NCBI GenBank assembly: GCA_964247055.1
Contig: OZ176055.1
Location: 7,006,001-7,070,000, forward strand
DNA from: Paragordius varius
Lineage: Eukaryota > Animalia > Nematomorpha
Length of the DNA stretch: 64,000 bases
Direction of reading: 5' to 3'
Below, in pieces: positions 41,501-52,844 of the stretch (the first letter of the stretch is position 1; each line of letters begins with the position of its first letter). Below the pieces are notes generated by a model, which was not told the origin of the DNA, did no database searches, and worked only from the letters and a program-made list of their open reading frames with translations. The position numbers were made by a program, and so were the translations under genes.

Positions 41501-43802
41501 TACTGAAGGTTAAATGTTTATTATGATAATGATTTGAATTTTCATTAGCATCTTTTCTCGGCAAAAGTAGAAATTAGTTAAGGGTAGAAAGTGAGTAAGA
41601 AAATCTAAAACTAATTGTATAAAAAAATAACATGTTATTATGCCTAAAACTTCAAAATAATTAATCTATAATTTTACAAAAAATTACAGTTATTAAAATT
41701 GGATAAAAACTACATGGAGTTAAAACTTTAGAAAAACACACAATCATAACAATCACGATGGATAACCTAAAACATTAGAAATCTAAATTGCAGAGCTAAA
41801 ATTAATTGAATAGTTGGATTGAGAAATTTATGACTTAAGAAATTACAATATTATAATATATAGGAATAGAAAATATGAAAATATTTGCTTTATGAAAATT
41901 GGGTACATTAGAAAATTACTTTTATAATTGTTCTGATATCAAGAATATAATTTAATTAAGCAATGCAAAGATTTTTTATAGATAACTTTCCGATTGATTA
42001 TGTAATTTTTAAATTTATATACCATTACAATTGGAACTAAATATAAATTTTTTTTGCAATCTGATAAAAAAATTATTAATATTTTTCTTATTAGTTATTG
42101 TTATTACTGGATAGGTGTTGGATTGGCTTTTATTGTGTATCCTGAAGCCTTGCTCTATCTACCGATTGCTCCCCTATGGTCTGTCCTCTTTTTCTGCATG
42201 CTTTTTACAGTCGGCATAGACACTATAGTAATGATATAATTATAATTTGTTAATTCTCCATAACGCATTTGTTTGTAATAATTATGCGCAGATTTGTGTT
42301 TGTCCTACATGTCTACAAAGTTATAACGTTTAAAGTTTGTTTCTTTAGAAGTCCTTTACACGGCAATTCTGGATCAATTGGTAAGTAAGTGGCGGAAACA
42401 CCAGCATTACTTTAATTTAATCACATCGATTGGTTTGTTCCTTTTGGGTTTACCTTTAGTTTTTCAGGTATTTTGCGCATTTTTATTAAAAACACAAAAC
42501 AATAAAAATAAATAATTTCCATTACATTTTGGGGTAGTTTTGTATCCCAAAGCTCAATTTTGTAAATAAACTACAGTTGTGAAAGTTATTTCAATTAAAA
42601 TTTAATTATCAAACATTGTTTTCATTTATTCAATAAAAAAGCTTATTTTTTTAGTTTTGTGTAGTTTATACCTCAAAACACGATAAACAGCCAATATTAA
42701 ATATTTTAAGTAATTGCTGGTAAAATGTAGTATGAAAGCTTTTTAAAGTTAATTGTTTAATTTTCTATTAATATATTATTTGCCTGTTGCATCAGGGATT
42801 TAAAAAAATTATAGAAAAAATGGCGGAAAAAAGCTTGAGATGATGATTTTATTACAATTTTACATTTTTATCAATCGTTTTTTGTATAATACGTCTAAAA
42901 GGCTTGAGAAAGCATATTTGTAAAACCCTTATATATTTTTTTAAGATATTCAAATTTTTGGGATATAAAACTACCCCAAAAGGTATTGGAATGGTGTTAA
43001 TAATGAAATTGAATTTTTTAGGGTGGTCTTTACTTATTTCAATTGATTGATTGGTATGTTGCCTTATTATCAGTTATGGTTTTTTGCCTCTTTGAAACGT
43101 GCACAATAAGCTGGATATATGGTAATATACAATTTGTACATGTTTATATTATAAAATAAGCGTTGTATATATATTTCTATAATTGAAACTCGTACTAAAT
43201 CAATTTTATATAGGAATCGATAATTTTGTTCGGGATATGGAATTCATGCTTCAGAAACCATTGCCATGTATAACACTATGGAAAATTCTTTGGGGAGTAG
43301 TTAATCCACTAATTTTATTGGTAATGCTCTTAAAAATTTCCACTGTGTCATATATATATATTTACGAAATTTATATTTATTTGATTATTAAAAATTTTAA
43401 ACAACATAGATGATGTTGATATCAAACATAGTATTCCATGTACCGATCAAATATGATAAATACGTGTATCCTCAATGGGCCCTAAATTTTGGGTGGTGTG
43501 TTAGCGTAGTTAGTTTGTTGCCCATACCATTTTGTATGTTATGGTTTTTATACACACATCCAAAAGTGCCTTTGTTAAAGGTTAAAAATTAGTTTAAACT
43601 TCCACTAATTTTATATATAATATTTGTATGCTGGATATTTTATATACATTTTAACATTTTTTAGAGACTTAAGAACGGCCTAAAACCATTAAAAAACTGG
43701 GGTCCTCTATGTGAACCCTATTTCTCGGAATATAAAAAGCTGAAAATGGAACAGATAGAAAGCCGTATGAAAAATTATGAAACAGGTCACGTCAATGGAT
43801 AA
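35007..43802 (+). CDS. SLC6: SLC6 sodium/chloride-dependent amino acid transporter, glycine-transporter-like (13 exons)
   Basis: [41 protein letters not shown]; [14 protein letters not shown]; [10 protein letters not shown]; [29 protein letters not shown]; [17 protein letters not shown]; stop TAA at 43800-43802. An upstream exon may exist (acceptor near 34975). Confidence 0.95.
35386..35705. mobile_element. MITE, CCATTT family A, in SLC6 intron 1
   Basis: TATA|CCATTTAC left end, AAATGG|TA right end, inverted 21-bp units. Confidence 0.87.
35812..35840. repeat. (TA)n microsatellite
   Basis: Direct reading. Confidence 0.9.
37075..38457. mobile_element. Foldback element, CCATTT family C, about 400-bp inverted arms with 21-bp arrays
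   Basis: TATA|CCATTTCCC...GGGAAATGG|TATA; 7 left and 10 right units of TTCCCAGTCAATCGAAACGTT; arms 37075-37475 and 38013-38457. Confidence 0.93.
37522..37882. mobile_element. Decayed hAT MITE inside the foldback loop
   Basis: Right end gcggcccgcg..acacccttg; interior matches 16731-17001; left end uncertain. Confidence 0.65.
38458..38527. repeat. (TA)n microsatellite abutting the foldback right end
   Basis: Direct reading. Confidence 0.92.
39074..40100. mobile_element. Tc1/mariner-like long-TIR foldback MITE in an SLC6 intron
   Basis: TA|CACAGTGTCC left end; imperfect inverted arms (gtatcaagattatcatgg / ccatgataatcttgat; accacaaaagtg). Other copies at about 45050-45650 and 56405-59550. Confidence 0.7.
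42522..42985. mobile_element. Unclassified MITE with TTAC(A/C)TTTTGGGGTAG ends
   Basis: Inverted ends ttacattttggggtagttttgtatccc / gggatataaaactaccccaaaaggta; second, interrupted copy at 55962-60310. Confidence 0.75.
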
Positions 43803-44559
43803 TAACTTTTTTGGGTTGGTAGGAAATTTGTTTAAAAACAACTTCATGAAATTCCATGTTTAATGTGATATCCGACAAAAATAATAAATTTATAAAATAT
43901 AATTATGCCTGCTTTTAAAAATTTAGAAAATACATACAAGTTAACCTTTCGCACACAGAAAAATTTTATAAAATTTATTGTTTCGCTTTTTTAGTTTATA
44001 AAAAATATATATTAAAAAAATGTAAAATATTACCTTTAGGTAATTTTGGCAAACAGGTTAGGGTCCCTTCAAATTAATTGGAATTGTTTTATTTATGCGT
44101 GAGGGTGACTAAGCCTTTTTCTAAAAAAGCGCTTAATATTACTTTAGGGTGTGTGTTAAAATATGGGTTTTTGAAAATTATAAGTCCACAAATTTGCTTT
44201 GAAGAACGTGTCCGAACAACATCTAGGTTTCGTAAATCATTTTTTTGTTACAAACGCGCCAAATGTGACTGAGCCGTTTTAAGTAGTCTTCAATTTAGTA
44301 CCACACCCTAAAAAATGGGGTTTTCGAGCACAAAACAATTTTCTAACAACAATGAATTGCAGAATGTGCCATTTTACCAAATCACCACAAAATAGTTAAC
44401 TTTGTTTATTCTCTTAAACTCGAAACCATTGGTATCATAACAATCTAAATGCATATATCAATCAGAATGTATATGCATCGGAATATTTTCCGTCTGAAAA
44501 GTGTATAAAAATAAATAATAATATTCAGTTATATCATAAAATTAGTTACTCTTAGGGGT

Positions 44560-44950
44560 ATCAAAATCATGGCAAAATTATGCACTTATATAACATTAAT
44601 AAACCGAAATATATGAAAAATTTTATTCAAAAATACTTGATAATACTTATTTTAAGAACCGAAATATACAAATTTGGTCAACGTGACATGTGTGCAATGG
44701 TAAAATTTAAAAATAATACAAAATAAACCGTTTTTTCTATTTCTCTCAATGTTTGTAAAAATATTAGCTTTAATTTTATCCTTAAAATTAAATGAAGACG
44801 ATATTTTGCACAAATTTTGCAAAATAAAATGGCGTCGAAGTAGTTTGAGATGGAACTTTTTTTCAAAACATAATTTTATTTAGATATTTTGGCGTATTTA
44901 TATAATTTTTATTAGGGTAGAAGCATAAATTTAAATTGGGACCGTCCTTC
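44560..44950. repeat. Dispersed repeat of about 400 bp, second copy at about 46765-47150
   Basis: Shared blocks catggcaaa..cacttatataacattaataaacc and aaataaaatggcgtcgaagtagtttga. Confidence 0.75.
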
Positions 44951-45049
44951 AGTAGTTTTTTTAAGAATCCTAACTCATATCCAGTCTGGGGTGAAATACT
45001 CTTATTTGGTTCGAGGTGGTGAAATATTTGTTTGTAAATTTATGTCAAA

Positions 45050-45650
45050 TGTAAATTGTGTTAATATAAAATATAATATTTGAAAATAAACGAACCTCTA
45101 AATTGAAATTCTCAAGGGATAGAAATGTTCAATATTATCAAAATATAGAGAAAAAGTTTTGTTATACCGTTTCCATAATGCCTAAAAATAGTAGAAAATA
45201 AGATTCAAATATTTTGCTAAAAATTGAATTTTACTGAAAGTATATTTTTTAAAAATATGATGTCTAAGAATAGCATATATTTAAATTTGTCGCGCAATCC
45301 CGGAATTTAAGAGAAGTAGCCCATTTTAAAAAAGCGAAAAAATTTGGGACTTTAGGAACCCACTTTTAAAAATTAAAATATAAAAATATTTTTTGCTTTA
45401 TATAAGTACATTTTAATATATTTTGGTGATATTCTTGGATGAATTTAGCTTTCAAAAATTTAATACAAAAAATGTGGTCAAATTTTGCCATTTTCTTATA
45501 TGGAGCATTTACCACAAAATATAAATAACTTTTTTATATAACTCATAAGGGCTGAAACTAAAATCCTCATGATAATCCTGATACTTTTGCTATCAGAAAA
45601 TGTTCATCAAGATATTTTTCATGACCCCCGATTTTGTATATTGTGTATAT
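45050..45650. mobile_element. Single arm of the Tc1-like foldback family of 39074-40100
   Basis: Collinear with 39690-40100 (aaataaacgaacc, tttgggacttt, accacaaaa, catgataatc). Confidence 0.65.
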
Positions 45651-46161
45651 ATTTAATCAGGATATTTTTTGTCAGTGTGTAAATATATATTACTACATAG
45701 CGAGCCTTTTCTATAGTAAATGAGCGAACCCTTAGCTACTTTTTTATGAGTTTATTATGTATATTATTATTTTGTATATAACTAAAAGGGCATTTTGCTT
45801 GTGATTTAAATTTAAAAATTGTTATGACCTAACTATTGGATCTTTTTCTGCTATTCAACCTAAATAACGTCTGTTCTTTTTAAATTAGCATGCTTTCAAA
45901 TAGTTTTCATGCAGACACAAAACTGTAGCGGTGGATATAGCTTAAACTAAGTTAAGATCATTTTTATATTATTTTTTACATACACCAAATTACGCTTTAA
46001 AAATTGAAAGAATTTAATCATCATTTAAGCATGCCAAACGATGACTGTTTTATCATTTTAATTTTATTTATTTTTAGCGCTTATATAATAAATTAAAATG
46101 AGTAAAAAAATAATTTTATTCATATGAGTTTGGAATTTAAACAAAATCACATGATAAAAGC

Positions 46162-49100
46162 ATGTTTGACGATGCGGATTGGATATGCCAAAAGGCAGAA
46201 CAGTTTAAAGACCAGGATAAATATTTTACGGATTCTTTATTTCTTATGGCTCAAAAATTTTATCCGCACAATACAAATATTAAAGTAACAAAATTTCAAA
46301 ATTAGTTAAAATCTTATATCAATAACTTGGAATCCAAAAACTATGGTATAGCTTTACGAGAACTAAAATATTTGTAAACTTGCGTGTTATAATTAGAATA
46401 AATGTCAAACCGACTGATAAATGTTTTGAAGATATTGAGAAAATAATAAACGAATTGCACAGAAAGTTGATGGCCGCACAAAATATTGGTTTAATACACT
46501 ATCTTTTATTAAAATATATACCAATTAAACTATTAATTTATTTTTTTAATCTTAAACGTTATTTTACCCAATTTATACGTGTTTCTGGGCTATTAATTTA
46601 CATTCTATATCTATATATATATATCCTTCTCTTGGCATATTTTTTTCCATATATTCCAAGTATATTCTATTAATACTTGGATACAAAACATTCACTTACT
46701 TCGATTTAGGGCATAGGCTTGATAATAATAAATATCTCAAAAAATATGGAATGAATTGAAACCATGGCAAAGGTTTTCACACTTATATAACATTAATAAA
46801 CCTAAATATAATATAAAATTAATTTAAAAATAACTTGATATTACTTATTCAGAAGTAAAACCCAAAGGTAAAAATTTAGCCACCATTACTTGTGTGCAAG
46901 CTAAATATAAAAAAATGCAAAAGATACCATTTTTTCGTTATATCAATGTTAAATGTGAATAATAAAAAATTAAACATAATTTTAGGCTTAGAATTAAATA
47001 ACCACAATATTTTGCAAAATTTGTCAAATAAAAATGGCGTCGAAGTAGTTTGATACGGAAGTTTTTTTCCAAAACTAAATTTTATTTACATATTTTGGCT
47101 TATTTATATAATAAACAAAAATTAAATTGAAACCATTTCTTTCAATAGTTTTTTAAAAATAGTTAAATCTTGTCTGCGCTATTTAGAACCTCAATATGAA
47201 TCCAAGTGTTAAATTTTTTTTTTCAGAATAAAGCGCTTTAAATTAGGAAATATATATTACAAAATAAATCTTAATTAACAAAACAGAGAAAAATAAATCG
47301 TATACTATGTTTAAAAATATATTTAATCCGGTTAAATGAATTAAACAATTTTTCAGAGTGAATTGAGATTAGGGTTAATTAGAAATGTTTAAGGATGATT
47401 TTGAGTGTTCAAGGTCATATAATTTTTAAAAAATCTGCGCAAATTGATTGTACTTAAAAACACAAGCATTACACAAAGAAAAGGTTAATGTTAATAATAA
47501 CTTATTAAAATCCTGACCATATAGCGTTTTCATTGTATGCATGATTATATTTAATGGTGTTATTCATCTACAATTATCATAAATATTGTGGGACTTTTGT
47601 TTTATAATGGTGTTTTTTCAGTCTATCGAAATTAACTTGATTAATTTCTGATTATAACAAAATATTGTTGAATACAATTTGTTATCATAAATTGTCTGAA
47701 TATTAATTTTGTATGCCATTCAAAAATACATCATTATTAATAATATTAAATCTAATTTTATTTATAGTTGCTGATATTTTTATTAATTCCCTCATTACCT
47801 AATAAAATATATATGCAACATTTTAGATTTTTTGTCAAAGATCCCTAAAAGCACAAAACAGCAGATTCACATATTTGTTGCGGGTATGTATCTATATATA
47901 ATTGAAATATAGAAAATTCACAGTTTCCAAAGTACGTTGATATTATGGTATACGTTTTTGAAATGTATCCAGAAGCACTTAGTTCACATGGATTAATAGT
48001 TATTGAAAAAGTTTTAGAATCTCTAAGTAAACACATAAGCATGGAGCATTTAAATTTATTGGGTACATTATCTATTTAAATTTTTTTGTAGTTTTATATT
48101 TGGCACCCAATATTTTGCAACATCGGTTATCATATCGGAAAGAAACGCTAACAAAAATATTTAATTTTACAATTCAATTTTACATTACATGGAACAGACT
48201 CTCCCTCATGGAACCAAAAACTATAAATTATAGGAAATGCCTAGATACGAAAAATATGCTAGAAAAATATTTTAACATATCTGAAGCCGAAAAGATGGAC
48301 AAAATATATAATATTTTTCGTCTAATAGGTACTCACATGGATTGGGAGTTAACGAAACAATTAAAACCTACCTTAAGGTAATTAGTACAATTACCTACTA
48401 TTTGTGAGAAACAAGGGACGACGACACAAAAAATCACAAAAAAAATTTACGAATTTAGTAATATTGGTAACTGTTTGGTCGGTAACAATATGCAAAAACT
48501 TTTTGTGCTTATGATCCGCACAAAATATGATTTCAAAAATGAAAAGACAGACGATTATTTTGTTACTATGAAAAAAACGGAATTTCATTTAAATATTTCT
48601 AATTTTAGATAATTTTACTTTACCTGTTATAAAAGTCATTTTTGGTAATTTTTTGTAATAATTTTTTTTATAAACTATTATTTATGCATTACAATTGATT
48701 AGAATCGGTTTTCATGCTCCAAGTTATAAAATCATGATAAATAGTTATAAATTTGAACTTCATACAAATAAATAGGATCAACATAAAATAATCGGCAGAT
48801 TAAGAGGATAAATGGTGTTAAGGTTGCCAAAATATTCAATTAAAATAAATTTAATTTCGGCTGTTATATAATTTAGCTTGATTGATCAATTTTCTATGGT
48901 AGAAAAATGTTATAATATCAATATACAATCACAACGATACACTGGTAACACCGAAGTTTATTATGCTTTCATTTTGGTTTTCGTCCAAGCTCTAAAATCA
49001 TATAAAGATCATTTGATTGTGGTATGTTTAAAAATATATTTTATTTTTTTAGACAATTAACAAATAGCAATATATTTTATCCTTTACAAATTCTGAACAA

Positions 49101-52100
49101 TATATATTTTGCAGGATGATTTGAATGCTAAAGTAATCCTACGATTTTCCAATATTTTTCTTTCAAACACCGACGGGATGTCAGAAAAACGAATTCATAC
49201 TTTATGCTTATGGGATAAATTTATCTCGACTCAACATTGTACGTAACTAAAAAAATAATTGACAATTTATTGATTCCAAATTTGACCGTCTAAAAATAAT
49301 AAAATTGTTACCATAATTATTTTTTATACCCTGTTTTAGCCAACCAAGAATTATTTGAAATGATTAATATCTGCGGAAATATTTATCAATACGTTTTGGA
49401 AGATGCGAATTTCAAAATTGGTATATTAACTACTAATTTTAATCATAAAAAAATTTAACATTAATTCTATACAATTTATCATTGATAGTTTTTCAAGATA
49501 TATGCAATCCCATACTTGCCCTTGCAAATAAATCTATATTCCACAATTTTCTCCAAGATTCTTACATAGTTAAGCGAGATTACGCAGCATTGAGGGAAAC
49601 GATTTCTCTAAATTATGAAACCGCCACACTAAGAGATAAATTACAGGCATTAATGTTGGCCGATACATACGATGTAAATACTCAAAAAAATGAGTCTAAA
49701 TGAATATGTTATATTCTTTAATAAAATTTTCCGTATTTTAACTATTTGTTGATTTATAGATTTAAATTTTTACATATGCCATTTTAAAACACTTTCTCCC
49801 AACTCTTGCCATTTCTAAAAAAACGCTGTTAATTGTATTAAATTTCATATTTTATGATTTTAGGCATTTGAAACACAATTTCATCATATATACAAGCTTT
49901 TGGACATAAACCAAATTATAACCAAACTTACACAAAATTACAAAAAGTATTTATTAAAAAATCCTTACATTATGCCGAACAAAGCCATAAATGAATTAGA
50001 AGATGACCTGATAATACTTGGTCCTTGGGATGATTTAATCATTTTCGGACTCATTTATTCGCTCTTGTTATATCATTTAAAGGTAAAAAATACCGTCAAC
50101 TAAAGTTTTTATTTATGGACTTCATTTAATTTTTGTCATCTTAAATATATTATGAGTACAAATTTTTCATAGTGTATAATTGTTTAAATTAATTTGTTTT
50201 TTAATACAGTCCAAACTACAAACTTTGTTGGCTCAAACCACTACTAAAACCGAAACAACTATGGAATCTATTATTAAATTTATTCCAACTTGTATTATTT
50301 TAACACAATCCCTTGAACCTTTGTGTCATGCGTATGATCCAAATTCCTATGTAATAATAAACAAATATTTTGATGGTTTATTACAATCTTTTAATGCTCG
50401 TCATTTAATGCATGTTTTGGAGGATGAAATACTTGGAATAATTTTTTCGGAAAATTTTGTTGGTAACATTATCCTACAACAAATTTTACCAAATTTAATG
50501 TGTCCTGGATTGATTGAACAATTAGCACAAACTATGTTGACCGTTTGCACAAAAAATAAAATAATGTAAGCCAAAATTTTTATAAATATTAACATAAAGT
50601 TATTGTAGTAAAAATACATTTGGGGAATATCAACAACTTTGGGTTAAATTATTTATATTTGCTTTTTTTTCAACCAAACTCGACGCTTTTTCAACCGAAT
50701 TCAACATGATTCCAAACAAACTTTATTCTTTCCAATTACGTATACCTTTCCAATCAATTTAACACCTTTATTCAAACTGGAAGTTTTTAGTTAACACCTC
50801 TTTTACTAATATTTTAAGGCAGTTTAAAGTTTTATAAGAATGATTTGTCTTTTCTGAAAAAATATTTTAGCCTTAATTACAGTAAAAATTGAAATACGGA
50901 GCAAAAATATAAAGACAAATATTTTTTTCTAAAAGACAACCATAGTTTTTGAAACCTAAATTAATCCTAAACCATTTAATGACAAGCCTAAAATATATAT
51001 ACCATTTTCACTTCAAGTTGGTCCTTGAACAATTCAAGTTGGTCCTTGAACACTTCAAGTTGTTCATTGAACAGTTCAAGTTGTTCCTTGAACAGTTCAA
51101 GTTGGTCCTTGAACATTTCAAGTTGGTCCTTGAACACTTCAAGTTGTTCCTTGAACAGTTCAAGTTGCTCCTTAAAATTTATAAATTTTAATTTTACCAT
51201 AATTTTTGCATTTATTTTTTTATTAATTATTAACCTAATTTTCTTTATTTATTATATATTTCATTTAAAAATAAAAATTTTTATTGAAAAACCACTTTTT
51301 TGTTTCAAACTATTTTTTTTCAATTGAACAAAATTATTGACTTTTAAATGTTTTTAATGAAAAATTTTAATTAACCCAGAAAACTTATATATATTTTCAT
51401 TTCGTGTTAACATCTCATAAATATTTAAAACTATTTAAAGAAATTAATAAAGATATACGGTTTCTCAAAGATTAAAAGTTAATATCGATTATTTATGTAA
51501 AAAATAGAAAATAGGTTAAAAACAATAAAATAGATGAATTATTTACGATTTGATTGGTAAAAGTTAAAAACAAAACAAAAAAGTCAAAGAACCAATTTGA
51601 AGTGTTCAGGACCAACTTGAAATGTTCAAGGACCAACTTGAACTGTTCAAAGACCAACTTGAACTGTTCAAGGACGAACTTGAATTGTTCAAGGACCAAC
51701 TTGAAGTGTTCAAGGACACTCTTGAAGTGCAAATGGTATAATTGATTATGTTACCAATATACATCTCTATTTATACTTAAATAAAAAACAATGAGTTAAA
51801 TTTAAATTAATCAAGATTTAAGTATGTTTATCTTTTAGAAAAGATTATTATTCTCTTTTTATTTTTAAGTCTTGTCCGTATAATTAAAATTTTTACTTAT
51901 TTGAATATTTGCGTAAATGTATGGAGGACGCTTTTTTGAATGGATTTAATCATGTATGTAAATAAATTAATCATCAATAAATGACTCCAAAATTCAACGA
52001 TTAAAATGCCTTTTAAAATTCAAATAAATAGTGTTGAGTTTGATTGAAAAAGTTTTAAGGTTGGTTTGGTCTAATTATATGGGCAAAACATTTTTGAATA

Positions 52101-52290
52101 ATTTTTGTTTACTTGTCATTTTACCTATTGTAGATTTGATATGACACCGTTCTCCGAACACATGAAAAATATTCCAATTGAAAAATTTGATATATTTCAA
52201 AAATCTCTTGAATCCATTAATTTGCATATAAGTCAAAAGGTTATAAAATAAATGTGTATTATATCTATAGTTATTAATTACTTTAACTCC
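46162..52290 (+). CDS. INTS10: Integrator complex subunit 10, divergent, multi-exon
   Basis: MFDDADWICQKAEQFKDQDKYFTDSLFLMAQKFYPHNTNIK (human CEFLVQRAREL..ARSLYPADFNIQ); YPEALSSHGLIVIEKVLES (FPETVVQHGVGLGEALLE); IYNIFRLIGTHMDWEL (LFKILNVVGMRCEWQM). Introns of 21, 23, 29 and 29 nt plus long introns. Last exon uncertain. Confidence 0.8.
51002..51736. mobile_element. Foldback/MITE, CCATTT family B, in an INTS10 intron
   Basis: TATA|CCATTTTCAC...GTGCAAATGG|TATA; about 8 left and 6-7 right units of TTCAAGTTGGTCCTTGAACAN. Confidence 0.92.
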
Positions 52291-52844
52291 TGTTTAATAA
52301 AATAAAAAGTATGGCTGAGGTCGAATGATCTTCAAATTACAACAATTCATTTACAGGTATAATCAAGAATCAGTAAAACCGTTGTTGTTTCCAATTCCCG
52401 TGTTTTTATATATAAACTTCTACTAGTTCGATTTCTAAATATTTTTAATTAAACGCCATAATTTTTTTTTTAAAAATAATTTCCTAAATGCGTCAAAAAA
52501 TGACAGCAAAATTTGATTACGTGACTTTGATATTTCATTTCCGGTACTGATTATGATTTCAGAATTTTTTGTACAAAACAGTCCCAAAAAGCCATTGTCT
52601 TTAGTTCCAAATCGCTGATATTAAATGTTATATGTGTGAAAAATAAATTGATTAAATCCAATACAGTATATAAACGGCCAATTATTAAAATAATTTATTG
52701 ATACCACATCTTATAAGTTAAGATTCTTTTTACAAAGGTACATACTTTATTAATTAACAGTGGCGTGTATAAAAATTCAATCAATATCTATTTTCGAACC
52801 TTTCTACATACGCTCATATATATTAGTTAATTCCGAGAAACGTT

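Noticed and set aside
44030-44160. TTAGGG hexamers as interstitial telomere
   Set aside because: Isolated single copies within MITE-like sequence, not a tandem array.
50949-51745. Leucine-zipper-like ORFs (LEQFKLV)n
   Set aside because: Same cause: 21-bp subterminal arrays of a foldback element inside an INTS10 intron.
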